The translations under genes and the position numbers were made by a program. DNA of 62,800 bases, the filler included, from Stramenopiles sp. TOSAG23-2 (lineage: Eukaryota): the NCBI GenBank assembly GCA_900128395.1. It is 10 parts of 10 records of this genome, joined end to end, with 100 filler letters (N's around TTAATTAATTAA, not from the genome) between each part and the next. Parts side by side here need not be neighbours in the genome. Positions count along the whole stretch, not along the records: positions 8,342 to 16,580 come from LT650223.1; positions 16,681 to 24,892 come from LT650224.1; positions 24,993 to 33,201 come from LT650225.1; 7 more parts are not named here. The stretch is one strand, 5' to 3'. The notes under the pieces were generated by a model. That model was not told the origin of the DNA. It searched no databases and saw only the letters and a program-made list of their open reading frames with translations. Of the stretch, positions 13,201-25,652 are shown piece by piece (positions within the stretch are counted from its first letter, which is position 1; each line of letters begins with the position of its first letter).

Positions 13201-16200
13201 CTAGTTCATCTTGTAAATACTGTATTTCAGATTCAGACTTTGCTTTTTCAGCCTCTGCATTAATACGAGCTTTTTCTTCCTTTTCATTTAAAAAGGTAAT
13301 TTTATGTTGTAACTTTTGACAAAATGTTACCTGAACAGTTATTTCTTTTTTTAGAGATTTAACTTCTTCCGTTTTCATTACTTCATAACTTTCTTCTTGT
13401 TTCTTTAATAGATCTTTTAATTGCTCAATGATCAATTCCTCATTCCGTAATTGGCTAGTTAGATCTTCTAACTCAACACTGGCAGATTCTACATCTCGTT
13501 GATGCGCTGTTTTCTCCAACATCAATAACGTAGCTAACTGCTCTTTTTGCGAATTGATCTCTTCCCTTTGAAGTAACAATTTGGAAACATTATTATTGTG
13601 TTCCTCTTTCAATAAATCGTGTTCTTTTTCTGACAATTGTGATTTATCCTCCAATCTGGCTCTTAATGCCATGATTTGAGTTTCCATAACACTTTCCTTT
13701 GCCTTTGATTCCTCCATTTTTTGTCGTAAATTTTCAATAGTCTTTTCTGATTCTTCTAATTTTGAATGTTCCAATTCGAAATCACGTAAAGCTATGATAT
13801 GATCCTGCTGGATACGTTTCAATTCCTCATCAGTAGATTCTTTTTCTTCTTCAACAGCTTGTAACCTATTGTTGAGTTCTAGCCTCAAAACGCTGCGTTG
13901 CGTCTTCAACGTTTCCTGCTGAGACAATAACTCTTTCTCTTTCTCCTCTGCTGTTCTTTTCATTTCACCTTCGTGTTCAAATTGTGCTTTTCTTACAGCA
14001 GCCAATTCTGCTTCCAATTGGAGCCTTTGCGTTTTTTCTGCATCCAATCGATGAAGCAAATCTTCTGTCGATGCCTCTGCTTGTCTTTGTTCAGCAAGTT
14101 CTTGGGCTAACTTTGCTTCTAATTTTGCTTCCATTTCCTTTACATGTTCTTGATCTTTTGCATGAGCAGATTTTTCGAGTCTCAAAATTACAGCTAATTC
14201 ATCCTTTTGCTTAGCATTTTGTTTTTGAGTATCTAATAATCTTAGTACTAAATTTGATCTTTCTGCCCTTAATTTTTCATTTTCTACTTCAACAGCTGAT
14301 AGCTTCTCATCATTCATTTTTTTCTCTGCAAGCAAATCAACTTGTACTTTTTCATCACTATCCGCTATTTTTTTATTCAAGTCAAATAATTCCTTTTGCA
14401 ATTTTGACGTTTGTAAAGAAGATTCCATCATCTCAACTTGAAGTCTGACTTTTTCATTTTCAGCTTCTTCTAGCTTTTCATGCTCTGCCGCAAATTTTTT
14501 CAATGCTTCTTCTTTTTCTGCATCAGCAATCTTTAACGCATCGTTTAATTGTATACGCAAGACAGATCTTGATTTCTTCAGCGTTTTGACTTGCTCCTTT
14601 AGTTCTTCCTCTTTGTGTTCAAATTCCAAACGATAACTGTCATCATCGCTATTTCTTGCTTGATTTGCTAAACGTAACGCAGCTTCTACTGTACGTCTAG
14701 ACTCTTTCTCTTTTTCCAATTCTGCTAATAGTTCATCAATTCGATTATTTTCCTCTGCACTATTGACTGTTGCCAATTTAAAATTATCGTCTTCCGATTT
14801 TTTTTCTTCTTGTTCCTCTTCCATAGGTGGCAACGGTGTTACTGGTTGTGATTGTTGATCATCACTTTCGTCCTCATTTGATGGGGGTGGAAATAACAAG
14901 AGGTAATGTGCCCATTTATCTTGATCAGCTGGTGGCCTTGAACGTGGTGGGGGGTGCATGTTTGTTCCCTCATGTTTTTTTGCAACTTCAGCATCCATTT
15001 GTTCACGCAATCGTTCAGCTTCTTTTCTCCATTTTTCTGCATCGCGATATGCTCTTTCCAATTGCCTTTTCAATTCATCCACATCTTGTTCCAACATTTT
15101 TAATCGTTTTTCGACCGTATCAGGATCTCTTGCACGTTCCTTATATTGTTTTAGAAATTCAATTTCCTCATCTTTGTCTTTGATTTGATCGGCATATTTT
15201 TGCAGCTTTTTATCATGTTCTTGTTCCTCTTCCTCTTGCATATCTATCAACTCTTGTTGTCTCGATATTATCAAACGCAATTCCTTAATCACTTCAACAT
15301 TCGTAGTAGTTGTGACAATTGTTGTTTTCGTCACTGTTTTTCTTTCTGGTACATCTTGCGTTTCTGCTGGCAAAGGTGGCGGCGGCATATTCAATACACT
15401 ATTGGATGGTGGGCGTGGTGCTGTATATGCAATGGATAAGCGTGGCGTCGGTCCTACTATTGAATTGCGAATTTTTCTACGCTCCTTTGCTCGCATGCGT
15501 TTGTAATTTTCCACTTCTCTTGACTCGCGCTCATGCGCAAATGATTTGTTTTTCCCTCTTTCCATTTTATACTTTGTTCGCAATAAATCAACTTTGAAAT
15601 AAACAAATTTCATTCCATTTTCTTTCGCTAGTACATGATAGCCAGGCTCGTTGTTTTTTGTTTGCTCCTCGGAAACTACATAATCGACTACGACACAAGT
15701 TTCCCATTCACCACTCATACGATCTTTGATTTTCACTTCAGATGTAATATCTTCTGTTGAAAATTCTAATAAATAGATTAAATCTCCTTTCTTGCATGCC
15801 TTTAACGCACTAACCCATTCGCTACGCTTTGCATGCTGGTCAAGCGTTTTGAACTGAATCAATAAACCCGTCTTGGTTACAATATCAAATTGATCTTTAT
15901 CGTTCAATGATTCTTTTATCGTTGAAATGTTTTTCAATTCAATGAAGTGTTTCTTTTCCACAGCAATTTTCCTTAAATTATCATGTGACGTAACAATTTT
16001 CCGTTCGCTTTTTAGATTTTTTATATTGCACCAATACATCACTTTTAATGCATCCTTTCCTTGTGGTGTTATCCAAACAAACCGCTTTTGGTATTTATTA
16101 AATAAACCTGCATTGCGAGATTTCTTTTGCAACAAATCACCTTCACATAGTAATTGTCGCTGTTTTGCAATAAAGTTTTGTACGTCAACATTGTAATTTT

Positions 16201-16255
16201 GAGGCAGTTGACGTTTGGTTAAATCTTGATGCGTTTGAACCCTATGATGTGACAT
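10282..16255 (-). CDS. Large N-terminal PH-domain coiled-coil protein (~1955 aa), split by a duplication
   Basis: PH motifs EGDLLQKKSRN..YQKRFVWI..FIELKNI..SEWVSAL, then Pro-rich segments and a long E/K/L heptad coiled coil. Removing one 106-bp period joins ORFs 12674-16255 and 10282-12666 in frame. Confidence 0.75.
12616..12827. repeat. Exact 106-bp tandem duplication causing a frameshift
   Basis: 12616-12721 equals 12722-12827. Confidence 0.9.
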
Positions 16256-17047
16256 TATTTTTTTCCGTTGTTAAATATAGTGTATAAATAAATAAAAAAA
16301 GTATTATTATAACTCGTTTTTAATACAATATGATCTGTTTCTTAGAAAGAGAAAAAAAGTTAAGTTGTTAGAAATGTTTGTTGATGTGTATGTGACGTAT
16401 AATATATTATTATACTATATTGTATCCACATATGAATAATAATAAATATATAATATACAATAAAGATACCTGTAGATATAAATATACTGTATCAACTATA
16501 TACTATTTTCAGCTGCTATTTGCCTATAGAATAATTTCAATAAGTATGCCTGCATGGTGTGCCGCACCATGACCGTACAGNNNNNNNNNNNNNNNNNNNN
16601 NNNNNNNNNNNNNNNNNNNNNNNNTTAATTAATTAANNNNNNNNNNNNNNNNNNNNNNNNNNNNNNNNNNNNNNNNNNNNAGCTGGACATAGTAAGAGAT
16701 ATTTCCTGGACATAATAAGGAGTGAAAGATGAATGCTGGAATGCCAGATGGCTGGAATGCGGAATCCATGAACTGTGGTAATCTGGATGCTGTGGTTATG
16801 GTATTTATTATTAATATAATACAATAATACACAGTATTTAATAGCTCCCATGAATGCACGAATAATAATTCAAAAATCATCAAAAATAATATTTTATCCA
16901 TATAAAATACATTATTATATTCAACAAATGTCTTGAAAATATATATAGAGAGATACTTATATTGAAATTTAAAATAGATCAAAACAATACAGTATATAAA
17001 CACAATAAACATAGTGTGCAAATATTAATTTTTTAATTATTAAAAGG

Positions 17048-17539
17048 ATGTCGACAAATGTTGTTGAGAACGCAGCAAAGCGTGCTAAAAATTTCAGCAA
17101 CGAAGTGTTGAAAATTAAAAGAATGAGTGAAAATGCATTTATACCAAAACGTGGCTCACCTTTATCAGCTGGTTATGACTTATGTTCCGCATATGAAGTT
17201 GTTATACCAGCAAGAGGCAAAGGTTTGGTCAAAACTGACCTAGCTATGAATATTCCTGTCACTTGCTATGGTAGAATTGCGCCAAGATCAGGTTTGGCAT
17301 GGAAAAAACACATTGATGTCGGCGCTGGTGTTATTGATGCGGATTATCGTGGAAATGTTGGAGTTGTTTTATTTAACCATGGGGAAGAAGATTTACAAGT
17401 TAAACGAGGTGACAGAATTGCACAATTAATTTTGGAAAAAATTTCATATGCAGATATAGTTGAAGTAGACGATTTGGATGCAACTGCACGCGGTGATGGT
17501 GGTTTTGGTTCCACTGGTGTTTCTACAACAACCCAATAA
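17048..17539 (+). CDS. DUT: Trimeric dUTP diphosphatase (dUTPase)
   Basis: All five motifs are present: [40 protein letters not shown]. Confidence 0.97.
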   Translation: MSTNVVENAAKRAKNFSNEVLKIKRMSENAFIPKRGSPLSAGYDLCSAYEVVIPARGKGLVKTDLAMNIPVTCYGRIAPRSGLAWKKHIDVGAGVIDADYRGNVGVVLFNHGEEDLQVKRGDRIAQLILEKISYADIVEVDDLDATARGDGGFGSTGVSTTTQ

Positions 17540-18170
17540 TTAATTAAAGTGATAAATTGTGATTTTTTTGAAAATAATAATATCCCTATCAATTATGTTT
17601 TCCAATGATATTTAATAATATATGATATATATATATGCATTTATGTTAATGATAATATATATATTAGGTCGGTAGATATTAACACCCTCAGTTACTGTAA
17701 TATTCTTTTGGAGAGTACGGAATTAAGAATTAATCATGAGTAAATATAAGAGATTATGAGGCTAATGCATTGGGTAGAGTTCAGAGTATTTTTTTATATG
17801 ATAGTAGCCAAACATCCATACGTACAATTGGTTGGATGCTGGCAACAGATTGAGAGATGTGAGGTGAAAGTGTGTGTAGAAAGTATGATAAAAAACAAAG
17901 TACGAGTAATAAATTATTCGTACAAAAAAAATAATATATTTTAGAGATTTTATATTGTTAAATGAAAATCAACTTTCCCAGTATCACCATTTTTTGTATT
18001 TAAAATGTATTTGGTTGTTTCCGTTGTCCGCCATCGTTGTTATGACAACAGCATGTTCCACCAGTGCTATAATATGACAACATCAAATAATAGACGACTA
18101 TGAAATCAACAAAGGCTCTCATTCATTCATTATCAATGGAAAAACGAATTAATGCATTATTGGCATCATG

Positions 18171-21100
18171 TTAATGTGTAGATGTTGGTGGAGGTGGCGG
18201 TGGCATCGTATCAAATGTTGGTGGAGGTGGCGGCGGCGTCGTATCAAATGTTGGTGGAGGTGGCGGCGGCATCGTATCAAATGTTGGTGGAGGTGGCGGC
18301 GGCATCGTATCAAATGTTGGTGGTGGTGGGGCTTCTAAATATGTAGACGAAAATCGTGGAGGTGGCATCCTTTCTCCAGGATTAGTAGAAGACTGATCAT
18401 CCTCATCGCTATATAACTCTTCATTCACTTGAGATAATTGTGTTGCATTTCTATTGACAACACTCATTCTAGCATTCATCACACTATTCCTTTTAAAGTT
18501 TTTGCTGCCTTTACCAGTTATGCCAGTTATACTATTTGCTAAAATAGAAGAATCCATTTCACTACTCTCTTCTGTAACTTCAGATTCATCATCGCTACCA
18601 AAATCTTCACCAAAATGTTCTCTACGTAACGTACTGCTCATTCTACGATTGTGGCTTTCAAATTCCAGTATTGTGGCATCTTCATATTCCCTTCCAACTC
18701 TATATACTTCTAGCACATCGATTACAAACGGTGATTGTCCAGCTAAAAAGGTTTCCCGAACATCTTTTGGCAATGCAAATCCATAAGAATGTTCCAATGA
18801 CGAGGTACAATAACGCATATCATCCGATATAACCAGATCTCCTGTACCATATTGTATAAGATCCTCCTCTCCACGAATTGCATCGTTTCCATAGGTTCCA
18901 TCACTATGTGGTTTCTGCCAACCATCTGGCACTTTACGACCATGGTATGGAATTTTTAAACCATGAGTTATTGAGAATAAAAACGAATCGCTATCGCCAC
19001 TGTAAGTGCCATCATCTGTCATCATTCCAGATGCATATGCGCCAAAGATAAATTCACCAGAACGACAAATGATTATACTAGATTTACAATCTGCATCACG
19101 CAACAATGCTTGCACATTCACAATGTGTTGTTTACCGCCATGAACACGTCCAACATATTTTACACTTGGAAACGAATCATCTCCGACTGTTGGTATGGAC
19201 CAAAACAAATCTTCATGCTGTTCGACTGGTAAGATTTTGCTTCGTAGAAAAACAGCTTCTCGTGGAAGATTGTCCGGATCCCTTGTTTGGTGGCGACGAC
19301 GGCGACGGCGACTTTCCACAGATAGCCTGAAGCGTTTAAATCTTTTCGAAACAATTTGACAACGCCGATATATTGCCGTAGTCTCATATGGTCTAAGCTC
19401 ATGGGTTGGTTTTCGTGGTGGTGATTCTTGCATTTTGACATCGCGTAAATTAGCTGGTGATTGTACTCGCTCTTCTTTATTTTCCTCTTCTGTCTTATCA
19501 TCTCCATCGTCGCTACCCATATAAATTTCTTCCCCTTTCATATTATTTGCCCACAAAACATCTAAAATTGCAAGACCAGGCGCTTTGTGACCAATTTGCT
19601 GCAACTTCTCTCTCACTTGATATGTCTCTATGGGATTCGGTGTTAATTGATACTGATCAAATTTCGATTGAAACAAAGATTGATCTACTGGTATTGCTAT
19701 GTTTGTTATATTATCATTTCTTTCTTTTTCTTTCGTCATTTTAGTGACCGATGATAATGTTCCAGTTGTACTTGTTCCAGTTTCTGTTTCTTCCTTTTCT
19801 TCATCATCACCATCAGCATGATCTTCTTTGACACTTTCTTCTTCTTTATTCGCTTCCGGCATCAATAAATCGTCATCCATATCAATATTAAATTTTTCCC
19901 GTTCAATTTTTTGCTTAATTGTATAAATATGACGTGCGGAACGAGGTGGTAACTTCATTTTTGTGGATGGGTCTTGTAGATAAAAACTTTCTAATTTTTG
20001 AAGATTATCATCAAATATAATACCACGGAAATATGAACTTTGTTCAGTTGCCATTTTCATCATCTTATGATCACTATTAAAATGATTAAAATTGGTATTA
20101 TTTTTATTGCTATCATAATTATTGTTAGTAGAATGAATACCATTGCTCATCTCCACCATGCTTAATAAACCATTGCGATTATCACTTAACTTTATTGAAT
20201 TTAAAATACCATTTCCACCACCAGGCCCACTCGTATCGAAATTATCGATCACAGCAGTTTGACCTTCCAACATCATATCAGCTACAATTTGATTTAAAGC
20301 TGGCGGTTTCATCCTTGCAAACTTTGCTGGGGTTGATAAAATAGAATTAATACCATTACATGTATTTAAAAATTGATTTGGTAGCAATTCATTATATTGT
20401 TCAGTTATATATTTTCCATATTCTTCTAAACGATCTAGCTGTGAACGTAATGTCATTTGCTCTGATATTAACACATCCATCTTCTCTTGTGCTACATATT
20501 GTAAATGTATTACAGAGTCTTTGGCTACTTCGTATATCAAATCTTCTACTTTTTCATCCTCCTCTCTATTTAAAAGTTCATCAATACTAGCAATTTGATT
20601 CATTATTTTTTTTTGTAGTACTGGATCGATTATTGAGTTGTTGCTATATGGCAAATTTTGTAGTTGATTTTGTTGTGCAAGCGATCGTCCTTGACGTAAA
20701 CTACGTTGATTAACAAATGAACTGGATGCAAAACGCACAATATATCGTGGCAAAACTTGTAATGAATCAAACATGCGATATGTAGTCGTATAGACATCTG
20801 TTTGCTCATTTTCTATATATAGACTATCACACTCCGTTGGGAACAACCTTGAACTTAAAATTTGTCTTGCCTCATCTAAATCGTTTGCTACTAAACTTGT
20901 ACCTACTGCTACAGAGCATAAAACACACGTAGTATACATGGAGTTTCTATTATCATTTACAACTGGTTTTAATGCACCTATATTAAATACAAAACCTTCC
21001 GTCTTGTTTTGAAACCTAAATCCACGTTCGCATACTGTTTCTAACGAGTTTTCACCTTTTAACATTGTTGTCGGTACCCAACTATCTAATACCAATAAAC

Positions 21101-21404
21101 CGTTTGTTTTTTTATCAAATTTTACGGATAAGTTAGGATTATTAATTGTCCATATTTTCAATCCATCAATTAGAGTCGTATTTAATGCTAACTGCAATTT
21201 ATAATCAACTGTTAAAAATTCATCTGATTCCTCTCTTATTAAAGTTGCAAACTTTGTTAAACTAATATTATCCCTTTTTGTATTTCGCATAGGTGATATT
21301 GGTGGAGATGATTTGTTACTTCGTGGTGATGTTCTTACCCTACTACTATCAACATTTCCATTGTCCCGATTTGGTGACAATACATCCATCTTTTTGTTCT
21401 TCAC
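18171..21404 (-). CDS. Protein with an N-terminal PARP/ART-like fold, a coiled coil, a TLDc domain and C-terminal Pro-rich repeats
   Basis: TLDc motifs IIICRSGEFIFGAYAS..GDSDSFLFSI..YGTGDLVIS..FLAGQSPFVIDVLEVYRV. The N-terminal region has PARP-like motifs (VCERGF, LCSVAVG, CDSLYI, QVLPRYIVRF). Confidence 0.75.
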   Translation of the reverse strand: MKNKKMDVLSPNRDNGNVDSSRVRTSPRSNKSSPPISPMRNTKRDNISLTKFATLIREESDEFLTVDYKLQLALNTTLIDGLKIWTINNPNLSVKFDKKTNGLLVLDSWVPTTMLKGENSLETVCERGFRFQNKTEGFVFNIGALKPVVNDNRNSMYTTCVLCSVAVGTSLVANDLDEARQILSSRLFPTECDSLYIENEQTDVYTTTYRMFDSLQVLPRYIVRFASSSFVNQRSLRQGRSLAQQNQLQNLPYSNNSIIDPVLQKKIMNQIASIDELLNREEDEKVEDLIYEVAKDSVIHLQYVAQEKMDVLISEQMTLRSQLDRLEEYGKYITEQYNELLPNQFLNTCNGINSILSTPAKFARMKPPALNQIVADMMLEGQTAVIDNFDTSGPGGGNGILNSIKLSDNRNGLLSMVEMSNGIHSTNNNYDSNKNNTNFNHFNSDHKMMKMATEQSSYFRGIIFDDNLQKLESFYLQDPSTKMKLPPRSARHIYTIKQKIEREKFNIDMDDDLLMPEANKEEESVKEDHADGDDEEKEETETGTSTTGTLSSVTKMTKEKERNDNITNIAIPVDQSLFQSKFDQYQLTPNPIETYQVREKLQQIGHKAPGLAILDVLWANNMKGEEIYMGSDDGDDKTEEENKEERVQSPANLRDVKMQESPPRKPTHELRPYETTAIYRRCQIVSKRFKRFRLSVESRRRRRRHQTRDPDNLPREAVFLRSKILPVEQHEDLFWSIPTVGDDSFPSVKYVGRVHGGKQHIVNVQALLRDADCKSSIIICRSGEFIFGAYASGMMTDDGTYSGDSDSFLFSITHGLKIPYHGRKVPDGWQKPHSDGTYGNDAIRGEEDLIQYGTGDLVISDDMRYCTSSLEHSYGFALPKDVRETFLAGQSPFVIDVLEVYRVGREYEDATILEFESHNRRMSSTLRREHFGEDFGSDDESEVTEESSEMDSSILANSITGITGKGSKNFKRNSVMNARMSVVNRNATQLSQVNEELYSDEDDQSSTNPGERMPPPRFSSTYLEAPPPPTFDTMPPPPPPTFDTMPPPPPPTFDTTPPPPPPTFDTMPPPPPPTSTH
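18184..18330 (-). repeat. 33-bp coding minisatellite encoding PPPPPPTFDT(M/T), ~4.5 copies
   Basis: ATCAAATGTTGGTGGAGGTGGCGGCGGC units recur every 33 nt. Confidence 0.9.
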
Positions 21405-21993
21405 AATTCTCTATCCTTCTATTGTTATATCTATTCCCTTCTGTACGTTTGTATTTTTTTATCTATATATATATACATATATGTATGTATGATGTATGTT
21501 ATATTATGCATGAAGATTTATTAATAATTATGTATAGATCTATACCATATTATTTGAACATCATTCCAGCATTCCAGCATTGTCATTTATCTACTCTCTA
21601 AAAAACTTATTAAATGCAATTTATAACGAACTCCGTATACTATTACGGGCAATATAATCTACACACTACGTACTAACGTACTAGTATAATACTACCAACT
21701 ACCAACTACCACCTAAATAATAGTTTAATAGGGAATTATTGTTTTTACACTATTAATAGTACCGACAAGCCGAACGTTATATTTATTAGGAGGATATAGT
21801 TTTTTTTTGTGTTGTTGTGGTGGGGAGGATAAAAAAAAAGTTTGCAAAAAATATATATATCGATCAGTTTATTTAAATGCACAATGGTGCAATGTATTAA
21901 TACAAACATAAATTGCAATAGAAAAGAAAGAACTGGAGAAAATCACATATATGTATATACATCATCCATTGTTTACAACTATCATTCGTCATT

Positions 21994-24892
21994 ATGAAGA
22001 AGAAAAAAGGCAGAAGGAGAAATGCTGTACATGATAACTTGTATCCTGATAGACCGTTTTTTAATAATAATGTCCTAAACAATAATAAGAAAAATAAAAA
22101 ACAGGCCGTGAGAAATGAAGGAAATACAAACGATTTATTGGAAAAGCTAAGATTTCAAACTGATACTGCTTTACATGTCTTAAATAAATCTCATGACGAT
22201 GTATTTGAAAACAGCGATGAGGAAAAGCATGGATTGGGGGGGAAAGATTTTAAAGAAGAAGTTGTTAAAGTAATAAAAAAGAAGAAACAGCTTCGAAAGA
22301 AGAATGTATCTACCAAATCACGAGGAAATAAAAAGAAAATTATAAGAAAAAAGAAAAAAAACGTAAAATCATCAAAACCTGATAAAATGCATGTAACTGA
22401 AGAAAGTGAGGAGGGCGAAGAAGAAGAAGAAGAAGATATTTACACAGCAAATAGTGATGATAACGAAGACCATCCTAACAGTCAACGATCTATTAATCCA
22501 CCTATGACTGCAGGTGAATTGGCATTGGCGACACCTATTGGGGTAAAACGGAATAAAACATTACAAACCTACACGGCAAATAATGATAATTACAATGATA
22601 AAAATAAAAATATCCATGAACCTGGAGATGAATACGTACAATTTTTAATTCGACAAGGGAATCTACGGCGTATACATAAAGAATATATAGAAGGAAAAGA
22701 GGAAAAATATGTTAATAGTCGCTTGAATTATCATAGAAGTAAAGGTAGACCAATTCGAAATGCGTGGAAAAAAACGAAAAAAAGAAACCTTCCTATAACA
22801 CATTATGGGTTTGAAGATTCGATGGCGCTACAACGGGAAAAGTTTACTGCTAATTTGCGAACTTATCAACGATTGCCAAAAGTTACAAGACGAAGAAAAC
22901 AGAACTCGAATAAGCAAGATGGAGAAGAGCCACCCCCACCACTATATCTATCATCAACAAAGTCGCTTCGATGGAATCAACCTAGTCGTAAACGTGATTT
23001 TATTGCATGGGAAGCACATCATGCCAGACGCTTTGCGAATCATAAGTCTACTGAGTATAAAGATGGCGATGAATTATATCCTGCACCTTCTTCTTCATAT
23101 GGTTTACAATCACCTAAAAGAAACCGTGGCGAACATGATAGAAATTCCACTAATAGACATGGGAAAAATTTTAATGATAATAATAATAATAATAATCATC
23201 ATGACAACGGAAAGTATACAAACACAAATGATGATGGCGATTATGATAGAGGTCATATCAATAATCAGGGTAATCATAAAGACAATGATAATACACGCGC
23301 AAGCGACAAAGGCAAACCACAATCAAAATATAGAAAAAACAAAACCGAAGACGTAGCTAGTAAAAGAAAAAGCCTCACTGAGTTAAAACAACAATTTAAA
23401 GATTTCAAAGCACGTCATGTACATAAACTGCCAAAAAATTTGGATGAATGTCGCATCATGGTCTCAGTACCAAATATAGCAATACAATATACTTTAGATC
23501 CTACCTCAAAACGTAATAATGAAAAGGGAGGAATAGATAGAAATAAAGCTGGAAACATTGATGTTACTACTTTGCATTTTAAAAAACATGATTCACATAG
23601 TAGACATGCTTTGAAAAATCATTGGATAAGTATACACTCTGCCAATAAAATAGTAGCCAATAGGGATAGTATAAAGCGTGTGCGAAAGTTATGGAATCGA
23701 ATAAGAAAATTAGGAAAAGATTATGAAAAACAGCAACGTTTAAGTCGAAGACAGAAAGGGTGGAGAAGTGCAATAGAACATATATCTCATACAAGAAACA
23801 TTAGTAAAAATGTGATAAAAACTCGTACCCGCTCCAAAATTGATAGATATTGGGAAGGAACCGCGTTTAAACTGCATTTGTTAAAGGGGATTATACCAAA
23901 GCTACGGAAAAGATTGGTTTTACACTTGCTGAAGGCAAATGTAATAGGTAGAGAATTAAAGGCTCGGCTTGGAGAGCAATTATGTGAGCGAAAGTATAAA
24001 TTGACTATTTTACGTCCATTTTTGATGTGGAAACATCGTTGGCTGGTAAAGAAAATGGTTGCGAAAGAAATTGATGAACGAGAAACCTTATATGTGGAAC
24101 AAGCAAAATCACTTGAAGCAGAAATTAAAATGTTAAATGACGAATTGATAAGGATTAAAAGACGAGGAAATGATTTAAAAATTGATGTGGATAGATACAA
24201 GCGCGAGGAGGCTGACATAGAAGCAGCCTTGAAAAAAATGCGATCGGAACGATCATATGGTATGGACATCAGGGAGGAAGAAGCTAGCCTTTTAGATAGA
24301 TTAAAGGAAGTTAAAAGTAGTGTCACATTGTACGTAGAAACACTTTCTGCATTGGAAGAAGAAAGGTCGTATCTTGTACAAGAGATAGAAAATAATAAAA
24401 ATGTATTGAAGCAAATTATGAAGCATGTTCCTTTAAAGAGATGGTCTTCTGAAAAAAAGAGAAGTGGCAGTAACTTGAATTACAAAGCTGCAGAGGGGGG
24501 GAAACTTGGTATTAAAATGACATCGTCAAAAACACAATATGCTTCTGCATCTAGTACAATTATGTCAGATATTTTCGAACAGATCGATCATGGCTTAAAC
24601 GATGCAGATGAACAAAATCAAGAAGAAATCATCCTTAAACATGCAGATATTATGTTGAACGAAACGAAAAAAGATCTTGATAATGCTGCTGACAAATTAT
24701 CTAGAGTGGAGGCTAAACGTATGGACAAGTTACATGAAATTGAAACGTTGAAGAAAAAACAACGATATTTAATGGAAGAAACGGGAAAATTACGTTTACG
24801 CGGTGTTAAAACAGAAGCAGATCGCAGAAAAATGATTGAATTAGAAGCACAAATAAAAGCATGTGATGATCAAATAGCTGAAGATGAGAAAC
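21994..24892 (+). CDS. Large basic low-complexity and coiled-coil protein, 3' truncated
   Basis: ORF of >960 aa open to the contig edge; K/R-rich N-terminus and coiled-coil C-terminal half; no family motif recognised. Confidence 0.75.
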
Positions 24893-25652
24893 NNNNNNNN
24901 NNNNNNNNNNNNNNNNNNNNNNNNNNNNNNNNNNNNTTAATTAATTAANNNNNNNNNNNNNNNNNNNNNNNNNNNNNNNNNNNNNNNNNNNNTTTCGGCA
25001 AAAATTGATAAAAAATAAAACTAATTATAATTAAAATTTTGTGGCACACGATTTTTTTCGTGTGCCATGCAGATTGTCCTATATGTTATACATTGCTTTA
25101 TACTCGACACTACTAGGGCATATTTACCTGCTAAAAATAATATCCCCACTATGAGTTATTAAATATGATAAGAGAATTTTTTTACATATATCATATGATA
25201 TGCATATTAGTAAAATTAAATTATACGACTTCGTAGAATATATGTTAATAATTAATAATATATAAAAAATTCTCTTATTTATAATTTAAAGATTTTATTT
25301 ACTCATATTGTATATATATATGTATGGAATTACCAGAAATAATAATTAAAGATATAACTAAACCGGAAAGACCTGTGAAAGAATTACTTATTTTTTTTAG
25401 ATCCAGGAGAAGCAAAAGCTGTGCCTGGAGGTCGTGATTGTTTTTGTTTCTTGTTGATTGGACGTCGTCGCATTATATATATATTATATTTTTAATATAT
25501 ATATATAATATATATAATAAACGTATAATATGCGAACGGTCTTGTGTATCATTTAATACGAATACAAAACAATCACAAAACACACAATATTTGTTATATA
25601 ACACAAAGATTTCCGTCTCTCGGCGTGTATATAATATAATATTATATTTTTT

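Noticed and set aside
17048-17539. dUTPase as a marker of an endogenous virus
   Set aside because: It looks like an ordinary eukaryotic dUTPase beside a cellular TLDc gene, with no viral hallmark genes nearby.
18184-18330. 33-bp repeats that could suggest a CRISPR array
   Set aside because: They are tandem with no unique spacers, encode in-frame poly-Pro repeats, and there are no cas genes in this eukaryotic context.
25042-25067. Perfect 10-bp hairpin TGGCACACGA-T6-TCGTGTGCCA near a contig start
   Set aside because: It could be a Helitron-type 3' hairpin, but no CTRR terminus lies at the expected distance and it occurs only once.
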